This document shows positions 1-12,310 of a stretch of DNA of 64,000 bases, piece after piece. The notes under the pieces are model-generated. The model searched no databases and was not told the DNA's origin. It was given only the letters and a program-made list of their open reading frames with translations. The number at the start of each line of letters is the position of its first letter. Position 1 is the stretch's first letter. The stretch is taken from contig NC_068991.1 of NCBI RefSeq assembly GCF_001194135.2, positions 72,460,466 to 72,524,465 of the forward strand. Reading direction: 5' to 3'. The translations under genes and the position numbers were made by a program. The DNA is from Octopus bimaculoides (taxonomy: Eukaryota).

Positions 1-889
1 TAAACTCAGTTAAATACTTCTGAAAGACCGGAAATGTAAGATCTCTGATCCACCTAGCACTGTTATATATTTATTATTCAGCTTATTTGTATCAATTTTT
101 CCTGAAAATTTTGTTTGATTGACCAGAAGAAGGATTCAACAAGTCTTTTATCATGATTTTGCTGTGAATAAAGCAGTAGAGAAATGTGCCTATGTAACTG
201 ATTTTAAAGTTATATTTTTCCCCTTTGAAGAGAATTTCTTCCTGTATCATTTAATTCAAAATATTGAGCAAGACATAACGAAAAAAAAAAAAGCATTCTT
301 TATTTTAAATGAATTGAAAAATGAGAATAATAATGTTTTGTTTTTTTTTCAGCTCATTAATTTTCATTGTTTTATTTCATTGTTTATAGTTTAAATCATA
401 TTTTCCTCTGTTGATTTTTGTGAAATTTAGCCGAAAACCATTGTTAAAGATAACAATTCTTTCTGCTCTAGTTCCGGGAATTTTTATGCATGTCCTTTAG
501 TAAGGGTTATTTGGAAGAGAATATTAAAAAAAAATTTTTTTTAATCCATATCATAAATATTGTGTAATTTTAGTTATTTGGATATATGTCAAAATTCAAT
601 TCATAATAATAAGTATTTAAATACTTTTGTTAAACATAAAATAATATTTTAATATTTGGTAAATCTCCAGAAAATGGAAACAGATATGGCATTTCAGTGT
701 GGTTCTTCAAAATGATATATAAAGTTAAGCTTTTTTTAGTGTCTGCGATTAAAACAACTGACCAAATTTGTATCAGAATATGTAATAATTACTCCAGATA
801 ACCTCACAATTTATTTTGCAATGTGAGAAAATACCTGATTGTTGTAGTTTTATCATTAAGATATTTTAAAAGTTTCATTTTCTAGCTAG

Positions 890-931
890 GCTTTGATTCC
901 TAAATATTTCATGAAGAAGAGAGAAGACTTT
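890..931 (+). CDS. Candidate 42-nt cassette exon, phase 0-0, ALIPKYFMKKREDF
   Basis: tttcattttctagctag|GCT...TTT|gtaagt with a purine-rich GAAGAAGAGAGAAGA core; needs the second AG of a tandem acceptor. Confidence 0.25.
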
Positions 932-1157
932 GTAAGTTTGTTATAGATTTAGCATATTCCTGAGTCAGTCAAAAAGGTGCCAAACATATTACTGAAGCAG
1001 TTTATTAATACAAACTTAATGTGTATCATTTTATTTTTTTTTGTTTTTATTTTTATCATATTGCTTTTTTCTTTCCTGTTTTGCAACTTACCTGGCAGGT
1101 TCACTAGTTCCAGTGGTGTGTGCGCATGCATGCACACACACACATACACACATGCTC

Positions 1158-1362
1158 AAAAGCACCCAGTGTACATTATCACGTGGTTTGTGCTTGGAAG
1201 GCCGACCAGCCATGGAAAACATGCTAAAGCTGACACTGAAGCGCAGTGCAGTCCTGCAGTTTACTGGAGCCTTTCAGACTGTACAACCCATGCCAGCATG
1301 GGAAACAGATGTTAAATGATGATGGTGGTGGTGGTGGTGGTGATGATGATGATGATGATGAT
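1158..1362 (+). mobile_element. Family B element, diverged
   Basis: aaaagcaccc...caacccatgccagcatgggaaacagatgttaaatgatgat, then (GGT)/(GAT)n. Confidence 0.65.
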
Positions 1363-1418
1363 GTAAGGTTGATAATGTTCTATTTCAAGGCGCTCATTGT
1401 TAATCTTTTTTTTTTAAT

Positions 1419-1798
1419 CTTTTACTTGTTTCGGTCAATAGACTGTGGCCATGCTGGGGCACTGCTTTGAAAAATTTTTAGTCAAGTGAATAGGCCCCAG
1501 TACATGTTTTTATTTTTAAACCTGGTACCTATTGTGTTGGTCTCTTTTGCCAAACTGCTAAGTCATGGTGATGTAAACAAACCAACAACGGTTGTCAAGT
1601 GGTACTGGGGGACAAAGATGCACACACATACACACATGACAGGCTTCTTTCAGTTTCCCTCTACTGAATCCACTCATAAGGCTTTGGTCGTTGGTCCAAG
1701 CGTATAGTAGAAGATACTTGCCCAAGGTGTCATACAGTGGGACTGAACCCTGAACCGTGTGGTTGGGAAGCAAACTGTTTCCCACCCACCCAGCCATG
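1419..1798 (-). mobile_element. SINE family A, diverged copy
   Basis: Reverse complement of head (cttgcccaaggtg, gggactgaacc) and tail (tttacttgtttc...gtggccatgctgg). Confidence 0.8.
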
Positions 1799-1875
1799 TT
1801 TGCACCAATTTTGTTATTACCATCTTTCCCATGGAATTTATTGTAAAATATCTGAGGCTTAAACTTTGGTTAACC

Positions 1876-2247
1876 TTTGCGAGGGTGGTCATCGTTCCCA
1901 TCTCTCGCCTTACGTGATACACACAGATCCGGGTTTCTGGGTGGGTACCCGTCTTCAGTGTGTGATAATCACTGGCTAGTGATGAAGAACTCATTCCACT
2001 TGCAAAATACTATATGCTTTTTCTTTTTCTAGCGACACACTGTCGCTGATCTTGTAAAGAGAGAGATAAGTGATATTAAAGTAACAGTATGGAATCATAA
2101 AATGCATTTGCCAACTAAATGTGGCAGTCCTATAGAGGATGGTGTTACTGTTGTTTTTAACTGCAGGAAGATGAGTAAAAGCCCAGAAACCCAGGTCTGT
2201 GTGTATCACGCAAGGCTAGAGATGGGAGCGATGACCTCCCTCACAAA
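1876..2247. repeat. Inverted repeat, GC-rich arms of ~65-80 bp, ~210-240-nt spacer
   Basis: 1881-1941 versus the reverse complement of 2182-2242: about 6 mismatches in 61 nt. Confidence 0.85.
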
Positions 2248-2507
2248 TACTAATCAGACACAGACTATGTGTCATTAGCCAGCTAGAGATGTCTTCCTAG
2301 GGCTAAAAACACCAGTAACACTGTCCTCCATAGGACCACCACATTTAGTTGGCGAATATATTTTATGATTCTGTACTGTATCTGTTTATCTCTTGCTCAA
2401 AGATTTAATATAACTTATCTCTCTCAGAAACTGTTGTGTCATAGAATCCAGGTGGGGTCTCGGGTATTTGGGCACCAAAAGGTTTACTGTATTTATTATG
2501 CTGATTG

Positions 2508-2711
2508 TTTCTGGCATAGGCATAAGACCTGAAATCTAGGAGAAGGGCTTAGTCGATGTCATTGACCTGAAAACTTTATGATATTTTATGTTACTAACCC
2601 TGAAGAAATGAAAATCAAAGTTGACCTCAGCAGGATTTGAACTCAGAGCACAGAGGGCCAGAACAAAGCATTCTGTCTGATGTTCTAGCAATTCTGCTTA
2701 TTTCCCACCTT
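2508..2711 (-). mobile_element. SINE family C, diverged
   Basis: aaagttgacctcagcaggatttgaactcag and the aagcatt motif. Confidence 0.6.
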
Positions 2712-2922
2712 TCTGTATATAAAAATAATGAAACTGCGATTCAGTATTGAGTATTTGATTTCATTTAATCTTATTCCACATGGCCTGGAATTTTCAGATT
2801 CTGTATCTCTTTCTTTCTTCTTTCTCTCTTGCTATGCGATATATTTGTTACAGGTAATTAGACTTCTGCGAACATCCGAGCACCGCCAGAAGTTTTACAA
2901 CCTCTAGGTTTTCTCTCATTAA

Positions 2923-2953
<31 letters not shown>

Positions 2954-3515
2954 TTATATGCATGTGTGTATGTATGTTTGTTTTTATGTATCTATCCGTC
3001 CATCCATCTTAACTGCCTCTTTCCATCTCACTCTAAGGGATATAATACACACACACACACACACACATATACATATACATATATATATATATATATATAT
3101 ACACAAACACACACACATACATATATATACATATATATCACTTCTGATGGACCGGCATCCCATCCAGGTGAGGAGCCTATACGCCAAGGGAACCAGGAAA
3201 CCGGCCCTTATGAGCCAGGCATGGCTCAAGAAGGAACAAGCAACAACATACATACATATATCATCATCATCATCATCATCATTTAACATCCTTTTAAATG
3301 ATGATGATGATGATGATGATGACACACAAACAAACATGCACCCCCCCCACACACATGCACAGACTCATATTCTTGTCCTTAAAAATTTCAAGATTCCATG
3401 TTGCTAGGACCAGGGTCTATGACCTATCCATCTTTGCAATCTTAAATCGTTAGCTTCAAACCCACATGTTGTTGTTGTTGTTGTTGTTGGTGTTGTTGTG
3501 GCAGTAGTAAAAGAA

Positions 3516-3720
3516 GGTGCCTTTTTATGCCTAACCTAAGTGCATGATTTTGAATTGTCTTACGCAGAGTCTTTGACTCTGCGAAACATGCTTCAGTGCT
3601 CCGAGCTTATCGATAGACACTTCTCAGGTGTATCCTTGAACAGACAGCTATTCACAGAGAAGTGTTGCAGTATTGTTTCTCCTGCAGAATAATAAGTAGA
3701 ATTACTGGCAACTCAGATAA
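3516..3720 (+). repeat. Unclassified dispersed repeat, second copy at ~20090-20290
   Basis: ctaagtgcatgattttgaattgt...gactctgc...tatccttgaa..gacagc..ttcacaga.aagtgt shared. Confidence 0.65.
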
Positions 3721-4152
3721 TCAATGAAATGCTGCGACGCCACATGAAGCTTCTTATTTACCATTATTGTCTCATAGCATGTCAATTGCATATCTATTCG
3801 GAGTACTAATTAATGCTACTAGTTGTTCATTTAGTATTTTGTTAATGAAGTTGATCAGTAAATATGGGGCTTTGTTAATTTTTGTTTTATTTTATTTTAT
3901 TTCATTTATTTTACATTCATTTATTTGTCTTTTATATTTGTACAGTGATAAAATGACAGTGTAGATTTCCAATGTAACTTTTTTTTTTCACCTGTTCAAT
4001 AAAACGGAGCATTGATCTTTATCTACAAAGTTATTGTATTTTCATATTCCATTCAATTCTAAATATAATTCTTTTCTACATTACTCGAATGTTTTAACTC
4101 ATTTAATTTTCATATGTATTAATTAGCAAGAAATCCTTAAATTTCTTTAATC

Positions 4153-4847
4153 TCTTTTACTCTTTTTTACTCCTTTACTTGTTTCAGTCATTTGACTGCG
4201 GCCATGCTGGAGCACCGCCTTTAGTCGAGCAAATCAACCCCAGATTTATTCTTTGGAAACCTAGTACTTATTCTATCGGTCACTTTTGCTGAACCACTAG
4301 GTTACGGGGACATAAACACACCAGCATCGGTTGTCAAGCGATGTTCGGGGGACAAACACAANNNNNNNNNNNNNNNNNNNNNNNNNNNNNNNNNNNNNNN
4401 NNNNNNNNNNNNNNNNNNNNNNNNNNNNNNNNNNNNNNNNNNNNNNNNNNNNNNNNNNNNNNNNNNNNNNNNNNNNNNNNNNNNNNNNNNNNNNNNNNNN
4501 NNNNNNNNNNNNNNNNNNNNNNNNNNNNNNNNNNNNNNNNNNNNNNNNNNNNNNNNNNNNNNNNNNNNNNNNNNNNNNNNNNNNNNNNNNNNNNNNNNNN
4601 NNNNNNNNNNNNNNNNNNNNNNNNNNNNNNNNNNNNNNNNNNNNNNNNNNNNNNNNNNNNNNNNNNNNNNNNNNNNNNNNNNNNNNNNNNNNNNNNNNNN
4701 NNNNNNNNNNNNNNNNNNNNNNNNNNNNNNNNNNNNNNNNNNNNNNNNNNNNNNNNNNNNNNNNNNNNNNNNNNNNNNNNNNNNNNNNNNNNNNNNNNNN
4801 NNNNNNNNNNNNNNNNNNNNNNNNNNNNNNNNNNNNNNNNNNNNNNN

Positions 4848-4910
<63 letters not shown>

Positions 4911-5079
4911 ACAGTCTTCCTTCAGTTTTTGCCTACCAGATCCACTCATACAGTTTTGATCAGATCATGACTATAGCAGAAGACATCATGTACCCAAGGT
5001 GTCATACTGTGGGACCGATTGAACCCAGAACCATGTGTTTTGGAAGCAAACTTCTTACCGCATAGCCATGCTTGTGCCT
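4153..5079 (-). mobile_element. SINE family A spanning gap 4362-4847 at its central microsatellite
   Basis: Tail left of the gap and head right of the gap, both reverse complements of family A. Confidence 0.8.
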
Positions 5080-5442
5080 ATTGCCACAAAAATGATAAAT
5101 TATCAAACCTTGCCATCAAATCTTTTTTTTTTTTTAACCTTAGAATTCAAACTTTTGGTGCCTGAAAGAAGTAAAAACAGGAACATAGTCCTCTTATTAT
5201 TTTTTCCCTATTTTTCATACCTCTATTACTTGTTATATTTTTCTAATTAGGTATAGAAACTGTGGTTAATTTCAATTGCATTTGAAAATATTACTTACTT
5301 ATTTATTTTCTTTTTTTATTGTAATTTGGTTTGCAATATTCTCAGTGTGAAATCACATGTCGAAATAGATTTTGTTGCATCTTGGGAGAATCAGTATGCC
5401 AAAAATAATAAACACACACACACTGGTTCTGTTTCACTTCTC

Positions 5443-5495
<53 letters not shown>

Positions 5496-5686
5496 GTTAT
5501 CATCATCATCATGATCATCATTATTAGTCAACTAGTTAATCATTTAACCAATTAACTAATCAATCGTTTGATTAATTGTTCAGCTAGCCCATCGATCAAT
5601 CAGGTTCATCAAAGTCCTTTTGTTGCCAGTTGCAACCTTGTCTTTTATTGATTCCAGTTCTGCTCCAATATCACACAGTATTTTAT

Positions 5687-5893
5687 GACGGCAGGCTGGC
5701 AGAATTATTGGCACACTGGACAAAATGCTTAGTGCTGTTTCATTTGTCTCTGAGTTCAAATTCCACTGAGATCGACTTTGCCTTTCATCCTTTCAGGGTT
5801 GATAAAACAAGTACCAGTTGAGCACTGGGGTCGATGTAATCAACTTGACCCCTCCTCCCTTAAAACTGCTGGCCTTGTGCCAAAATTTGAAAC
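5687..5893 (+). mobile_element. SINE family C (~210 bp)
   Basis: gctggcagaat head, B box gagttcaaattcc, body gactttgcctttcatcctttc.gggtcgataa..aagtacc, tail ggccttgtgccaaaatttgaaac; more than ten copies in the window. Confidence 0.8.
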
Positions 5894-6717
5894 TGATATT
5901 ACATAGGATTTTCTTATGATAATACATTCTGCAACTGGGAACATCACAAAGTACTTATTCATTGAAACTATTTTGATATGTTGAAATTTGGATCATAAAA
6001 ACAGAACTTGTATGTATGGATTAGACTGATGTCACAATTTGTCCTTTTCAACAATACTATCTAAAATAAATGGGAATAGGACAAATCTAGAAATATTTCA
6101 CTTGATCTCATACTATAAGTAACAGTTTCATTTCGTTTTTAAAATCCTTCTTTTAGTTGTTATCACAATTCAAACATTATATGCTTGAAATTTTCCTACA
6201 GTTGCATCTCTGTATGTACATATCTCTCTCTAAACACACATATAAATAAGTATACATACATACATACATACATATATATATGTATACAAACATACATATT
6301 CGCCACCAGAACCTTGTTTAGGCTTAGTAGCCCTTCCTGTTTGTTTTCACTGTCCTGTTTGTGTTACCAATTTTGACCTGCCGCAAGATCCCAAATTTTA
6401 TTGCGGGAGCAACCGTTTTATCGAAGGACAAGAGTAGAAAAACAACCAACAACTGATGAAGGGTCGTTCTTTATGTTGTTTGTCTTGTTTTCCATTTGTG
6501 TCTTTCATTGTTCGAAAAAATAGTTCATATTCCATGTACTTATACTTTGTATTTTTTTGTTGCACACATTTCATGACGTCCTGTGCCCACATATGCATAT
6601 ATATATATACATAGAGATGTAAGCGTGTACATATATGTATGTATATATGCATATATATATATTATTTATATTATTATATGATTGAACACAACACATCCTC
6701 ATCCAAGTAAGTTTTAT

Positions 6718-6719
<2 letters not shown>

Positions 6720-6795
<76 letters not shown>

Positions 6796-6803
6796 TATAT
6801 ATT
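6720..6803. repeat. (AT)n microsatellite, representative of many (TA)n tracts; most gaps abut one
   Basis: Direct reading. Confidence 0.95.
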
Positions 6804-7399
6804 TAAGAGAGTTATGTAATATGTCTTCCAGCCTCAGAACAGAATTTGTTTCTCAGTGGCAATTACTCATAATAGACATTTATAAATAAATACAGGCGTT
6901 TATTTTAACTGGTGTGTAATATATAAATAGGATTTCTTTATAATTGAAAGAATACAGTATGTATCTTTTATGTGTTCAATAATTTCTGATCTGATGCTAA
7001 AAACTATTTATTTTCATATTTGCATAAATATAGATATATCATCCAGTATGTGTATGCATGCTTGAATGTGAATACATGTATACATATGTGTGCATATATA
7101 TGTCCGTGTGTTGTGTGTATGTTTGTGTGTGTGTGTGCGTTTGTGTGATATACACACATAAACACATGCGTGCAAACACACACATGTGGAGGATATATAA
7201 TTTTTGTGTCTAGATATGACACTCCTCCGTATGTGCATGCTGAAACACTAAAGTTTTGTCGTGTGTTTCAATATAAACTGACTGATATTAATAAATAATT
7301 CTTATATTCAATCATTCATGTTCTTTTCTATGATTTAACAGCAGGAAATTGGTTATTAATATATTTGTAATTTTGCCATTGAATTGGATGGTTAGATTC

Positions 7400-7491
7400 C
7401 AAACTGGAAAATAAAAGAAGTACTTAGTTTTATTTTTGAGTCACTCAAACTGGAAAATAAAAGAAGTACTTAGTTTTATTTTTGAGTCACT
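7400..7491 (+). repeat. Perfect 46-bp tandem duplication
   Basis: caaactggaaaataaaagaagtacttagttttatttttgagtcact x2. Confidence 0.95.
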
Positions 7492-7637
7492 CCTTGCAGT
7501 TGATGTATTTCCCATATGAAGGAAATGTGGTAGTTAGAACAGAATAGCTTTTGGTGCTGTGAAACATCTGCAGGACTGAGCATGTTTGAAGGACAGAGGA
7601 AAGTTAACTGGCAAGAGAAATACTCTGTCCACAGTCC

Positions 7638-7706
7638 CCAAAACTGAAATACAAAGATATGGCTGAATCTAACATGAAGAGACTGGACGTTGATATTTGT
7701 AACTGG
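7638..7706 (+). mobile_element. RTE LINE C-terminal remnant
   Basis: PKLKYKDMAESNMKRLDVDICNW resembles RTE GRPKLRYKD.CK.DMK...I...W. Confidence 0.55.
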
Positions 7707-8628
7707 ACTGGGGACCAGTTCACTTTTGATGCCCTTGATATGACCTACAACATTGGGGACTATAAATGGATTTACCTGTGATGCATAATTTTGCCTCCTT
7801 ATTAATGGATATGAAGCTGAATCGAAACAAATGAATTTAAAAAGTACTTTTTATTGGATCTTTGAAACACATGTTTGATAATATATTTTTCATATAAAGA
7901 AAATTTGGTAGTTATATAAAAAAAAACCACATAGGCAGCTGCTGCAAGGAAAGAAAAATACCAATGTTTTGAACTCAGGCTCTTTCTCAAGGGAGAAAAG
8001 AGAGATAGTTCCTTATGTTGTTACCCAGGAGTCACAGTACTAATGGCCTCATGGCATCTACATATGATTTCAGTAACTACTTCTTTTTCTTTGGATTACT
8101 TGTTACCAATGCAAACCTACACGGGATTCCTCCAATTCTGGATTTTACATACTTACCTTATGATTTCTTCTCTATCATTGAATCCACAACCTCTCGTATC
8201 CATATGCTTCTTTTATTCTTGTTTCAACAAATTTCATTTGGATTCAGACTTCTCCAAAAAATATCTTTTTGCTCATATATTCATTCTTGGACCTTTTTTT
8301 TTTTTTTTGGTAATTTTACAGGCAAAATAAGAAGGGAGTTTCATGAAGCTCTCGGTATCTGTTAACATGCAAACTTTTTATCTGTTAATATGCAAAGCTT
8401 CTCACTAATATGCTCCGTGTATTTCTCTGTTGGGAGCAATTTCATATAAAACATTCTATGTCACATAATACAATTTGGCAGCATTTATTGATGTAAGTGG
8501 AATCTAATGTTCAAAAGAAATCCAGAGAAAATCCTGTGTGGTTGGATCAGTTATTTAGATCAATAAATACTGATTGTAAATTGATTGTACTATTTAATAT
8601 TTATTTATTTATTTTCTTTTTACTTCAG

Positions 8629-8697
8629 GGAGAAAAGTATGATGGCAGGAAAGCTGATGTCTGGAGCTGTGGTGTGATATTATATGCACTTCTTGTG
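8629..8697 (+). CDS. BRSK2: BRSK/SAD kinase exon, 69 nt, phase 0-0, [23 protein letters not shown] (subdomain IX)
   Basis: Acceptor ttttacttcag|GGA, donor GTG|gttagt. The 23 codons nearly match my recollection of human BRSK2 [23 protein letters not shown]. Confidence 0.96.
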
Positions 8698-9482
8698 GTT
8701 AGTCTAAATTTAGATTGTCATTAAGATAGCTTTTAACGAATGGCAAGAGAGTTTTTTCTCCAACTTTGCAGTACATTGTGTATTGAAATTTTAATTAGTT
8801 ATGATTTAAATTAAATTTTTTTATGTTCAATTTTTCTCTGAATCAAATGAAAATAATTGTTAAGATTCTTGTATATTCTTAGTTAATTTAACTGATAATT
8901 AAGATTAGAGTCTCATTTTTTTTTTTTGATAATAATTTTGTAGTTTCTGTTTTGCTTCTTCCAAGCTGATAACAATAACAAACATTTTTATTCAAATTCA
9001 AGATTCACAAGAATTATTTTATTTATTGTTTAAAAATCAATTATGCATTAATAGTACAATGTGATGTTGTAGAGTCCAACTTGAGTACGTTTTTTCCTTC
9101 TTTATTTCAAAAAAAAAAAAAAAAACTTTTCATTTCCCTTGAAATATTTCTAAGAGTTATTGTTCCATAATTCTAGTGAATTCTGATCAAATAAACTGGT
9201 GGTACATCAGCACATGACTTCATAGATTTCTTTCTCAGCATATCCCTCTCCTGCCATTACATGTCTTGCTCTAATCTGAAGACAAATGGTAATTCAATTC
9301 CAATTCTAGGCATTTGTATTGTTTGATATATTTTGTGGAAAGTAGACTAGTCAGGGATCCCCTGCTGTCTCTCTTTGGAATCGGCACCGATTCAGCTTGG
9401 GGTTGTTACTAATCTAGGGTGTGAAGCAGCTGTGTGTGCTGATAGGACTTTCATGGTCTGTTAGTGGCATGAATGTCTTTAA

Positions 9483-9702
9483 CCCTTTAGCATTCAGATT
9501 ACTCTGTCTAATGCATCATTTATTTATTATCATTGTTTTGAATTAATCATGTATTGTCTGATAGCTTTGAAATTTTTATGAGGTAACTATTAAATTTTAG
9601 AATGATATTGTAGGGTAGGTGTGAGGGGCAACATCTGGCCAGTATGAACATAAAACAGGTAGAATATTTTGGCCGGATATGGCCGGTTTAAATGCTAAAG
9701 GG
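9483..9702. mobile_element. piggyBac-type MITE family 1 (220 bp), TTAA TSD
   Basis: TTAA|CCCTTTAGCATT...AATGCTAAAGGG|TTAA (TSDs 9479-9482 and 9703-9706). Confidence 0.85.
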
Positions 9703-10072
9703 TTAAAGTGGTTTTCAGACTTGACCTAAAAGTGATTTTAATTCAGTCAGGTATGTCATTATCTTCTGAGGGTTCCATAGTGCTACCATTTCTTTTGCTA
9801 GACATATTGGTCACCTTCAGATCTATCTTTTGATCTTTTGGTGATTAGTGAATACTTTGCTAAACTTTCATGGCCTACACTATTCATATTTGGGTGCTGA
9901 TGATATCGTTAGGTCAGGGTTCAACTTTGGTATATATTGTTATAATGTCTGGCGCCTTGATAATACATGATTAGGAAATCCTCCAGATGGGATTCTTGCT
10001 ACAGTAAAGTTGATGATTGAGGAACTTGGCATGTATGGGGTGTGGGTTGGAAACGAGTATTTCTAAATGTGT

Positions 10073-10109
<37 letters not shown>

Positions 10110-10685
10110 AATAGGGAGATTGGAGAACCAAGGCAAAAGAAAATTCTGCTTAATATTTGATGCACAAGAACTCTCACCTCTAAAAATATACCCAATTTGT
10201 GCTCTGGAAAGAAAACAAAGTAAATGCACAATTATTTGCTTTTGTATGACATTAAATTAGAATAATTAGTGGACAAATGAGTCTACGGTATTTAATTTAG
10301 TCCTTCTGTTGTTGAGAGTTCAAATTGTAATAGGCTCTGTTTGACTTTCCATTTACCCATTAGAAATACTTTAAATGAAATACATTTTGATATATATATC
10401 ACTAGGTTACCATTAACGCCTGTAGAAAGCTGCAAACATTAGGCCCTTAAAAATCCAAAATTTTATCCCAGCACCTAATTTTCTTAAATTAGACAGTAAA
10501 GGAGAATTTGGTACTAAACCGATAGAATCAAAATCATAGCTTATGTGTCTTTTGTCTCTTGACATTTTATTTTTTTTATTTTTAGTCTTTTCTACTTGTA
10601 AGATTCTTGTATGGTTTGATTCATTGATTTGACCATATTAGCTCAAACAAACTGTATTCTAAATACATTTCTGTTTATTTTAAAG

Positions 10686-10832
10686 GGTGCCCTTCCATTT
10701 GATGATGACAATTTAAGAAATTTATTGGAAAAGGTTAAGAAAGGTGTCTTTCACATTCCCCATTTTGTGCCTCCTGATTGTCAGAATCTATTACGAGGCA
10801 TGATCGAAGTGGATCCTGAAAAACGTTTAACG
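10686..10832 (+). CDS. BRSK2: BRSK/SAD kinase exon, 147 nt, phase 0-0, [49 protein letters not shown]
   Basis: Acceptor tttattttaaag|GGT, donor ACG|gtattt. Joins in frame to the previous exon; subdomains X-XI with the BRSK-typical [11 protein letters not shown]. Confidence 0.96.
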
Positions 10833-11799
10833 GTATTTAAACAGTTTCGTCTCTAAATAAAACAAAACTTTTTTATTTTAAAGATTTTCAAATCAAAACT
10901 CTATAAGAAGTCCAGATAATATAATTTTGTTTATTTATTTCAATTAATAATTGCTTTATGTTTTGATTACTTAAGCAATGTTTTGATAATTAACATTAAA
11001 ACAATCAGCGCAAAATTAAAGACAGGTAATTATATATCCCGAAAGAATTTCCCATAGCTGCTTTGCTCTTGTTAAGATTGTAGTATTTATGTGATGATAA
11101 AATTACCTGTCACTTAGTAACGAATTGATTATACCCAATGGAAAAATAACTACTTTATCCCTTTTTTTTAAAAATCTTGTGATAAAATTTGATTTATTGA
11201 ATGACAGTGACATTGTTATTTCTTACAATGGCTGCAATAGAATCTTCTAACTTCACTCTCTCTCTCTCTGCTTGCCTGCATATTCATGCCTACAGCCATT
11301 TACAATTGCGGATCTCCATGCCAAAGCCAGGAGATTCATGATTTTTCTTTGGAAAGATACAACAATGGTTTTCCATTGCCTTCGACTGGTTTGCATACAA
11401 TCTACTTTGGTAACATCCGATTCTCTTGAGTTAACTTTGAGCCTCAGAATCTGTTTAAATCTTAAACAGAGAAATTAGTTCATGTAACACCAAGACATGT
11501 CCAAACACTGTTGGATCTGTGTGACACATGTCTAGGGGCCAGTGTTTCTCTGAGTCCTTGATGCTTAGCCACATAACCATGTTCTGCTATTTAACCCACA
11601 TTTGGGATCCCTGGTAGGTACCATGACTCCAGGCTAGAGCAGGTCTGAGAGTAATGGTGACAAAGGGGTAACTCCATACTCCCCATAACTTCAGAACCAC
11701 CCAAGCTCTAGCCTCGTTACTTGATGCAATTTAATATCTTATCCAAGATTAACTTCTGACATCATTGGGTCAAATTCTTGTTGGAGATTTTATCAAATG

Positions 11800-12045
11800 T
11801 GGTTTGTATTGAAATAAATTAAGTCCAGGTAGTTGTTGATCTCAGTTCATAGCCTGGCTCACTGGCAGTTATGGTTATAAATGTTCCACTTGATTCAATT
11901 AATGGGACTTCCTGCCCATAAAAATCAACATGCAAGTGGCTGAGCACTCCACAGACACACTTACTCTTCATGTAGTTCTCAGGGAGATTCAGTGTGACAC
12001 ACTGAATATGACAAGGCTGGCCCATTGAATTACAGGTACAACTAA
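11800..12045 (+). mobile_element. Probable further SINE-like interspersed repeat (single copy in window)
   Basis: caagtggctgagcactccacagacac...gggagattcagtgtgacac...caaggctggccc; recognised from general familiarity with octopus repeats, not from a second copy here. Confidence 0.4.
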
Positions 12046-12050
12046 TTTTT

Positions 12051-12187
12051 GTACTCATTTTATCAAGCCTGAAAGGATGAAAGGCAAAGTCGACCTTGGC
12101 AGAATTTGAACTCAGAACGTGAAGACAGACAAAATACTGCTAAGCATTTCGCCCAGTGTGCAAACGATTCTGCCAGCTCGCTGCCTT
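12051..12187 (-). mobile_element. SINE family C, 5' part
   Basis: gaaaggatgaaaggcaaagtcgaccttggcagaatttgaactcag...gattctgccagctcgctgcctt. Confidence 0.8.
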
Positions 12188-12194
12188 AGGAACA

Positions 12195-12310
12195 GGAATT
12201 ATTACCAAGAAGTTTTAATGGAAGGTTTTGATTTAAATCACTTTTAAACAAGAAGGTTGCATCATAGAACCAGAGGCTGTGTCAGGTGGGTTGGTATCAA
12301 AAATGGGTTA
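12195..12310. mobile_element. Half family-2 MITE truncated by an adjacent SINE
   Basis: ...ggtgggttggtatcaaaaatgggTTAA matches the reverse complement of the family-2 left end. Confidence 0.55.

Noticed and set aside
6440-6520. CTGATGAAGGG ... CGAAA, a possible hammerhead
   Set aside because: No convincing stem II, stem III or stem I pairing.
7802-7990. Minus ORF SLSSKHWYFSFLAAAAYVV, faintly like a piggyBac transposase KKWW motif
   Set aside because: One weak motif with no GGVD or DDD context; not supportable without a search.
1-8628. The expected preceding exon (G)SPHYACPEVIR
   Set aside because: Not found by reading. It is probably upstream of the window; the VIR at 2854 is not followed by a donor and is likely coincidental.
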